This document shows, in pieces, positions 58,241 to 64,000 of a DNA stretch of 64,000 nucleotides (position 1 is its first letter; the number at the start of each line of letters is the position of its first letter). The stretch is from Dehalococcoidia bacterium (GTDB lineage Bacteria > Chloroflexota > Dehalococcoidia > UBA2979), in the NCBI GenBank assembly GCA_965219085.1, contig OZ244720.1, forward strand, positions 1,248,001 through 1,312,000, in the 5' to 3' direction. Position numbers and translations under genes: made by a program. Under the pieces are notes generated by a model. The model was given only the letters and a program-made list of their open reading frames with translations. It did no database searches and was not told the DNA's origin.

Positions 58241-58452
58241 GGGGCACGTGCAGGCGCACGGCGCCCCGATCGCTCATGGATCTCGGCTAAGGCCGAAACC
58301 GTGTAAGGTGAGTGTGCGGCGAACGACGCCGCGGCCTCAGTACCTCTACTCTGTCGTTTCACCCGAGCGCCCGCGTCGAGCCTGAGAGAAACCAAGGATC
58401 GTCCTCGCGGGCGCATCCGCTACGTCGGCGTGGCCGACAAGGAGTGAGACGT

Positions 58453-58755
58453 TTGGCTCAGAAGATTTACGTAGGCAACCTCCCGTACTCGGCGACCGAG
58501 AGCGAAGTGCAACAGCTCTTCGGCGAGTACGGCGAGGTGCTGTCGGTGGCCCTGCCGACCGACAGGGAAACGGGCCGGGCACGGGGCTTCGGCTTCGTGG
58601 AGATGGACAATGAGGCTGCCGCGAAGGCCATCGCGGGCGTCAACGGGAAGGACTTCGGCGGTCGAATGCTGAACGTCAACGAGGCGCGGCCTCGCGAGTC
58701 CCGCGGCGGCGGCGGTGGCGATCGCGGCGGCTACGGCGGCTACGACCGTCGCTAG
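58453..58755 (+). CDS. RRM RNA-binding protein with Gly-rich tail
   Basis: IYVGNL (RNP2), RGFGFVEM (RNP1). Confidence 0.92.
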   Translation: MAQKIYVGNLPYSATESEVQQLFGEYGEVLSVALPTDRETGRARGFGFVEMDNEAAAKAIAGVNGKDFGGRMLNVNEARPRESRGGGGGDRGGYGGYDRR

Positions 58756-58959
58756 CGGCCATTTCCTGGCACGTGGGCGCAGGCCCTCGGGTGACTGACC
58801 GCCAGGACACACGTGGGGAGAGCCCGGCTCGACCGCCGGGCTCTCGCCATGACCCGCACACGCGTCCATCCCTCACACGAGAGGCCCCATGCCGGTCCCC
58901 CCATTCATCGCCCGGACGGAGCGCCAGCGCTCCGACGCGACACGCCACGGCGAGACGCC

Positions 58960-59124
58960 GTGAGTGAAGTCGCGACGTGTCCGAAGTGCGACCGCCTCCT
59001 CATGGGTAGTGCGCGCACCTGCGTCGTGCACGGCGACCAGCTCGACATCGGCGGCCGCACACCAATCCTCGAAACCGTCGCTGACCAGCGGCGCCAGAAG
59101 TCGAAGCGACCACGGCCTCGCTAA
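58960..59124 (+). CDS. 54-aa zinc-ribbon-like peptide
   Basis: CPKC..CVVH and a basic tail. Confidence 0.45.
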   Translation: MSEVATCPKCDRLLMGSARTCVVHGDQLDIGGRTPILETVADQRRQKSKRPRPR

Positions 59125-59196
59125 CCCCTACCCGGATCCGCGCGCACCGCGCCCGACACCACCTCCTCTTTTTTCCCGACGAACGGAACCAGTCCC

Positions 59197-60672
59197 ATGT
59201 CTCTCTTCACACGCAGTTCCGCTGCGCCCACACAGATACCCACGTTCGATGACGCCCCCGCGCCCAGCGAGGACATGGCGTCCTCGCCGAACGGCACGGG
59301 CCCCGTCGCGACCTTCGAGGCGCTGGGCGTCCCGGACGACCTGACCGCGGTCCTGAGCAAGGCCGGGATCGAGCACCCCTTCCCGATCCAGACGCTGGCC
59401 ATCCCCGACGCACTCGCCGGCCTCGACATCTGCGGGAAAGCGCAGACCGGCTCAGGCAAGACGCTCGCCTTCGGACTGCCGCTCGTCGAGCGCACGAAGA
59501 CCGCGCGGCGCCGCCGCCCGCACTCGCTGGTGCTGGCGCCCACGCGCGAACTCGCGAACCAGATCGCCGAGGACCTCACGCCGCTCGCGGCCGCTCGCGG
59601 GCTCTGGCTGACCACGATCTACGGCGGCGTCTCGATGTCGCGGCAGGTGCGCGCGCTCCACCAGGGCGTGGACATCGTCGTCGCCACGCCGGGGCGGCTC
59701 AACGACCTCCTCGAGCAGCAGGAACTGTCGCTGGAAGCCGTCTCATTCGTCGTGGTGGACGAGGCCGATCAAATGGCCGACATGGGGTTCCTGCCGCAGG
59801 TCGAGCGCATCCTCCGCCAGATCGAGGGCCGGCCCCAGACGCTGCTGTTCTCCGCCACGCTGGACGGGGCCGTCGGCACGCTCGTGCGCCGCTACCAGCA
59901 GAACCCGACCCGCCACGAGGTCGCTTCCGCCACGCCCACAGTCGACCAGCTGGAGCAGCGCTTCATCGGTGTGCACGCTGACGACAAGGTCGACGTGGCC
60001 TCCGAGATCTGCGCCGCGGCGCAGCGCGCGCTCGTCTTCGTGCGCACGACCCGCGCGGCGGACCGCGTCGCGAAGCGGCTGGGGCAGACCGGGCTGCAGG
60101 TCGCGGCCATCCACGGGCGGCTCTCGCAGAACCGTCGCGAGGCCACGCTTGAGCGCTTCCGGCGGGGCGCCGCGCCCGTGCTCGTCGCGACCAACGTCGC
60201 CGCGCGCGGGCTGCACGTCGAAGGCGTCGATGTCGTCGTGCACTTCGACCCGCCCGAGGACCACAAGACCTACCTGCACCGATCGGGACGCACGGCACGC
60301 GCGGGCGAGGACGGCATGGTCGTCACACTCGTGCTGCCGGAGCAGCGGCCCGACATCGCCACGCTGCAGCGCGACGCCGGCACCGATTACGCCGTGGTCG
60401 AGATGCGTGCCGACGATCCCAGGCTGCGCGATCTCGCGTCGTGGGAGGCGCCCCGCGAAGACCGCGGCAGGTCTCGCAACAACCGCAGCGGCGGCGATCG
60501 CGCGGGCTCGCGCGGCGAGGCGATCAACGGCGGCGCGGCCCGACGCCCCGCAAGCCGGCAGTCCGGGCAGCCGCGCGGGCAGCGCGGTCGCGGCGCGCCA
60601 CGCGGAGCGGGTGGCAACTCGGGCGGCGGCGGATCCCGCCCGGCGGGGCGGCGGCGCGCGGCGACCCGGTAG
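59197..60672 (+). CDS. DEAD-box RNA helicase
   Basis: AQTGSGKT, PTRELA, DEAD, SAT, HRSGRTAR. Confidence 0.95.
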   Translation: MSLFTRSSAAPTQIPTFDDAPAPSEDMASSPNGTGPVATFEALGVPDDLTAVLSKAGIEHPFPIQTLAIPDALAGLDICGKAQTGSGKTLAFGLPLVERTKTARRRRPHSLVLAPTRELANQIAEDLTPLAAARGLWLTTIYGGVSMSRQVRALHQGVDIVVATPGRLNDLLEQQELSLEAVSFVVVDEADQMADMGFLPQVERILRQIEGRPQTLLFSATLDGAVGTLVRRYQQNPTRHEVASATPTVDQLEQRFIGVHADDKVDVASEICAAAQRALVFVRTTRAADRVAKRLGQTGLQVAAIHGRLSQNRREATLERFRRGAAPVLVATNVAARGLHVEGVDVVVHFDPPEDHKTYLHRSGRTARAGEDGMVVTLVLPEQRPDIATLQRDAGTDYAVVEMRADDPRLRDLASWEAPREDRGRSRNNRSGGDRAGSRGEAINGGAARRPASRQSGQPRGQRGRGAPRGAGGNSGGGGSRPAGRRRAATR

Positions 60673-60689
60673 GCTGGCTCGCGACCCGG

Positions 60690-60976
60690 TGGGGACGACA
60701 CCGCGTCGACCAGCACCCACGACGCAGCCGAGCGGCGCCGGGAGCACGACCGCCACGTCGAGCGGTTCGGATAGCTCGAGCACGACAAGCGACGACTCCG
60801 CCTCGGACGACAACGGGGACGGCGCGCCCGCTGAGGGCGCGGGGATGCTCGTCCAGGACCCGGAACTGCCGTACCCGCACCAGTCCCGGAGCCTGCCGGG
60901 ATCCCGAAGCCAGGCGGAACGCTCCGCGTCGGCGTGACGTTCGACGCAGTTGCCCTACGTCTGGCTCGACAAGTAG
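60690..60976 (+). pseudogene. Internally deleted family-5 solute-binding protein paralog
   Basis: S/T linker, GMLVQDPELPYP, a frameshift, GGTLRVGVTFD, then a jump to WLDK*. Confidence 0.8.
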
Positions 60977-60998
60977 TCACGTCGCACGGGCAACCGAC

Positions 60999-61026
60999 GA
61001 GCGGGCGGCCACGTGGCCGCCCGCTC
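60999..61026 (+). terminator. Hairpin after the SBP remnant
   Basis: GAGCGGGCGGCC-ACGT-GGCCGCCCGCTC; no U tract. Confidence 0.55.
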
Positions 61027-61130
61027 CACGTTCACCAACTCCCGAGGAGGGCTGCGCGCTTGACTTTGATGGGTATCCTCTACGGTTAATGGCAAGCGTT
61101 ATAGCGCGCGCAGCTCCGGGGGGTGCAGGC

Positions 61131-63005
61131 ATGAACGAGTACAACGACGAAGCCACGACCACGTGGTGGGCCTCGGCCGTCAGCCGGCGGACGCTGCTCC
61201 GAGGCGGCATCCTCGGCGGGGTGGGCCTCGCCGCGGCGGCCCTCATCGGCTGCGGCGGCGGTGACGACGACGACGACGATGACGATGACGCGTCCACGAC
61301 GCAATCGAGCGGCGGGACCACCAGCGACTCGACGAGTTCGAGCGACTCGTCGAGCACGACCAGCGACGACTCGGCCACCGACGACGAGGACGAAGCCCCC
61401 GCCGTGGGCGAGGGCATGCTGGTCCAGGATCCGAACCTCCCGTACCCGTACCAGTTCCCCGAGCCGGCAGGCCTGACGCCCAAGAAGGGCGGCACGCTGC
61501 GCGTCGGCGTCACCTTCGACGTGGTCACGTTCGACCCGACGCTCTCGGCCGCGGGCGGGACGATCACCGTCCCGAACATGGTCTACAACAAGCTGCTCGG
61601 GATGGTGGACGGCGTCCAGAAGGACCCGTTCAAGGTCGAGCTCACGCCCGAACTCGCCGCCTCATGGGAGCGCTCGCCGGATGGCGCGACCTGGACGTTC
61701 CAGATGCGGGACGACATCACCTGGCAGAACAAGGCGCCGCTGAACGGGCGCCCGTTCGTCGCCAGCGACGTGAAGTTCGCTCACGACCGCTACGCGGAAG
61801 AGGGCGTGCACCGCTCGTACTGGGCCAACATCGGCTCCACCGAGGCTCCCGACGACCTCACGTACAAGATCAACATGCACACGGTGACGGCGGACTTCAT
61901 CCTGCCGCTCGCGAGCCGCTACCAGACGATCTTCCCGCGCGAGATCGTCGACGACGGCACCATCGGGAGCAACCCGGTCGGCACCGGGGCGATGATCCTC
62001 AACAGCGCCGAGCAGGGCGCGAAGATGACCTTCGACAAGAACCCCGACTTCTGGGAGCGCGAGGTGCTCCTGGACGGCGCCGAGTTCCTGGTGATGCGCG
62101 ACGTGGCCGCGCGGCTGGCGGCGTTCCGCGTCGGGCAGATCGACTTCGGATACGCGACCGGCAGCACGCTGCCGAACCTGCGGAACCTGCTGGAGACGAA
62201 CCCGGACGTCCAGATCAACCTGAGCCCGGTCACCTTCGGCGGCATCCCGTTCGGGATGAACCTCTCCAACCCGAAGTTCCAGGACGAGCGCATCCGGCAG
62301 GCGATCTGCCTCGCCCTCGACACGGACCTGATGGAGGAGCTGATCTACGAGGACCTCTCGAAGACGCTCGCCCTCCAGCCGTGGACCTGGGTCTTCGACG
62401 AGGAGCCGACGGTCGAGGCCGGCGACTTCGGCCCGTGGTTCGGCCGCTACGATGTCGCCGAGGCGAAGAAGCTGCTCAAGGCCGCGGGAGCCGAAGACCT
62501 GAGCTTCAACTCGATCTGGTACAACTACGGACCGCAGTACGACCAGCACACCGAGATCGTCCTCGCCAACTTCATCGCGGCGGGCATCGACATCAACTCG
62601 CGCAGCGTCGACTACACCGAGTTCAACTCGACGTGGGTGCCCGGCAAGCTCGAGGAAGCGACGACGACAGGCTGGCTGACCGCCGGCTTCGACGCCGACA
62701 ACGCGTTCTACAACTCGGTCCACTCGGAATCGCCGGGCAACCGCTGGCGGCTCAGCGACCCCCAGGTCGACGAGTGGGCGGAGGCCCAGCAGGTGGAGAT
62801 CGACCCGGACGTGCGCCGGGATATCCACCGCACGATGTGGGACTACTTCATGAACGTGATGTACTGGCCGCCGCTGCCCAGCGGGTTCAGCATCAACGTC
62901 TACCAGCCGTGGCTGCGTGGCATCCGTTGGGGCGGCACCGACGCCACCAACACCTACTACTACGACTGGGGCCACCAGATCGCCGGGGCCTGGCTCGACA
63001 AGTAG
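61131..63005 (+). CDS. ABC substrate-binding protein family 5 (Tat lipoprotein)
   Basis: SRRTLL Tat motif, LIGC lipobox, GGTL, PELAASWE, PVGTG. Confidence 0.9.
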   Translation: MNEYNDEATTTWWASAVSRRTLLRGGILGGVGLAAAALIGCGGGDDDDDDDDDASTTQSSGGTTSDSTSSSDSSSTTSDDSATDDEDEAPAVGEGMLVQDPNLPYPYQFPEPAGLTPKKGGTLRVGVTFDVVTFDPTLSAAGGTITVPNMVYNKLLGMVDGVQKDPFKVELTPELAASWERSPDGATWTFQMRDDITWQNKAPLNGRPFVASDVKFAHDRYAEEGVHRSYWANIGSTEAPDDLTYKINMHTVTADFILPLASRYQTIFPREIVDDGTIGSNPVGTGAMILNSAEQGAKMTFDKNPDFWEREVLLDGAEFLVMRDVAARLAAFRVGQIDFGYATGSTLPNLRNLLETNPDVQINLSPVTFGGIPFGMNLSNPKFQDERIRQAICLALDTDLMEELIYEDLSKTLALQPWTWVFDEEPTVEAGDFGPWFGRYDVAEAKKLLKAAGAEDLSFNSIWYNYGPQYDQHTEIVLANFIAAGIDINSRSVDYTEFNSTWVPGKLEEATTTGWLTAGFDADNAFYNSVHSESPGNRWRLSDPQVDEWAEAQQVEIDPDVRRDIHRTMWDYFMNVMYWPPLPSGFSINVYQPWLRGIRWGGTDATNTYYYDWGHQIAGAWLDK

Positions 63006-63029
63006 CCACCCCGCCACGGGCAACCAACG

Positions 63030-63055
63030 AGCGGGCGGCCATTCGGCCGCCCGCT
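63030..63055 (+). terminator. Hairpin after the SBP gene
   Basis: AGCGGGCGGCC-ATTC-GGCCGCCCGCT. Confidence 0.55.
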
Positions 63056-63153
63056 TCGCGTCCACCACCTGCTCGCAGCGACGCTCACTTGACTGTGGTC
63101 GGTATGCTCTGCGGATAATAGCGAGCGTTAGACGCAGGCCTCGGGGGTGCAGA

Positions 63154-64000
63154 ATGAACGAACACAGCGACGAAGCCACAAGCACATGGTGGGCATCGGC
63201 CGTCAGCCGAAGGACGCTGCTCCGAGGCGGCATCCTCGGCGGGGTGGGCCTCGCGGCGGCGGCCCTCATCGGCTGCGGCGGCGGTGACGACGACGATGAC
63301 GACGACGACACCGCGTCCACGCAGTCGAGCGACGGGACCACCAGCGACTCGGCGAGTTCGAGCGACTCGAGCACCGCCTCCGACGACTCGGGTACGGACG
63401 ACGAGGCCGAAGCCCCCGCCCAGGGCGAGGGGACGCTGGTCCAGGATCCGGACCTGCCGTACCCGTACCAGTTCCCCGAGCCGAACAAGACGCCCAAGGC
63501 GGGCGGCACGCTGCGCGTCGGCGTCACCTTCGACGTGGTCACGTTCGACCCGACACTCTCGGCCGCGGGCGGGACGATCACCGTCCCGAACATGGTCTAC
63601 AACAAGATGCTCGGCATGGTGGACGGCGTTCAGAAGGACCCGTTCAAGGTCGAACTGAAGCCCGAACTCGCCGCCTCGTGGGAACGCTCGCCGGACGGCG
63701 CGACGTGGACCTTCCAGGTCCAGGACGGCATCAACTGGCAGAACCTGCCGCCGCTCAACGGCCGCCCGTTCGTCTCCGCCGACCTGAAGTTCGCTCACGA
63801 CCGCTACGCGGCCGAAGGCGTGCATCGCTCCTACTGGGCCAACATCAGCTCGACCGAGACGCCCGACGACAGCACGTACAAGATCAACATGGGCACGGTC
63901 ACCGCGGACTTCATCCTCCCGCTGGCCAGCCGCTACCAGACGGTCTTCCCGCGCGAAACCGTCGATGACGGCACGATCGCGGACAACCCGGTGGGCACCG
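63154..64000 (+). CDS. Second family-5 SBP paralog (truncated by window end)
   Basis: Highly similar to 61131..63005; SRKTLL. Confidence 0.88.
   Translation, partial: MNEHSDEATSTWWASAVSRRTLLRGGILGGVGLAAAALIGCGGGDDDDDDDDTASTQSSDGTTSDSASSSDSSTASDDSGTDDEAEAPAQGEGTLVQDPDLPYPYQFPEPNKTPKAGGTLRVGVTFDVVTFDPTLSAAGGTITVPNMVYNKMLGMVDGVQKDPFKVELKPELAASWERSPDGATWTFQVQDGINWQNLPPLNGRPFVSADLKFAHDRYAAEGVHRSYWANISSTETPDDSTYKINMGTVTADFILPLASRYQTVFPRETVDDGTIADNPVGT

Noticed and set aside
1-64000. CRISPR array, tRNA, rRNA
   Set aside because: No repeat-spacer periodicity with unique spacers, no cloverleaf or rRNA signatures seen by eye, and no cas genes

Overview
GC-rich bacterial chromosome segment. The gene content (Tat-type family-5 solute-binding proteins in tandem, a stand-alone nuoI/nuoG-like pair, thyX, an F420-dependent PPOX, many apparently leaderless genes) suggests Chloroflexota, probably Dehalococcoidia; this is inference. 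Housekeeping genes (pyrE, plsY, dut, nfo, thyX, ppx, phoU-pstBACS, chdC-like, DEAD helicase) are interspersed with accessory inserts: four PIN-domain toxin-antitoxin pairs, a type II R-M pair, DUF402/GNAT duplicates and several IS elements. Highlights: (1) two diverged copies of an unrecognised two-gene module, a 51-aa basic peptide coupled by a TTGA overlap to an SDH/ClpP-fold serine protease, behind a conserved promoter motif. (2) The second protease copy is broken by four mobile elements (a MITE, IS1182, IS1380, and an IS1111-group IS110 nested in the IS1380) and can be rebuilt in frame. (3) The IS1111-group 3' non-coding region holds a bridge/seek-RNA-like hairpin whose two loop strands exactly match the IS1380 transposase site it sits in, and its right end is tandemly duplicated. 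(4) A candidate ~100-nt sRNA with a C-rich loop. No rRNA, tRNA or CRISPR array was seen. All family assignments come from motif recognition by eye; no database searches were run.
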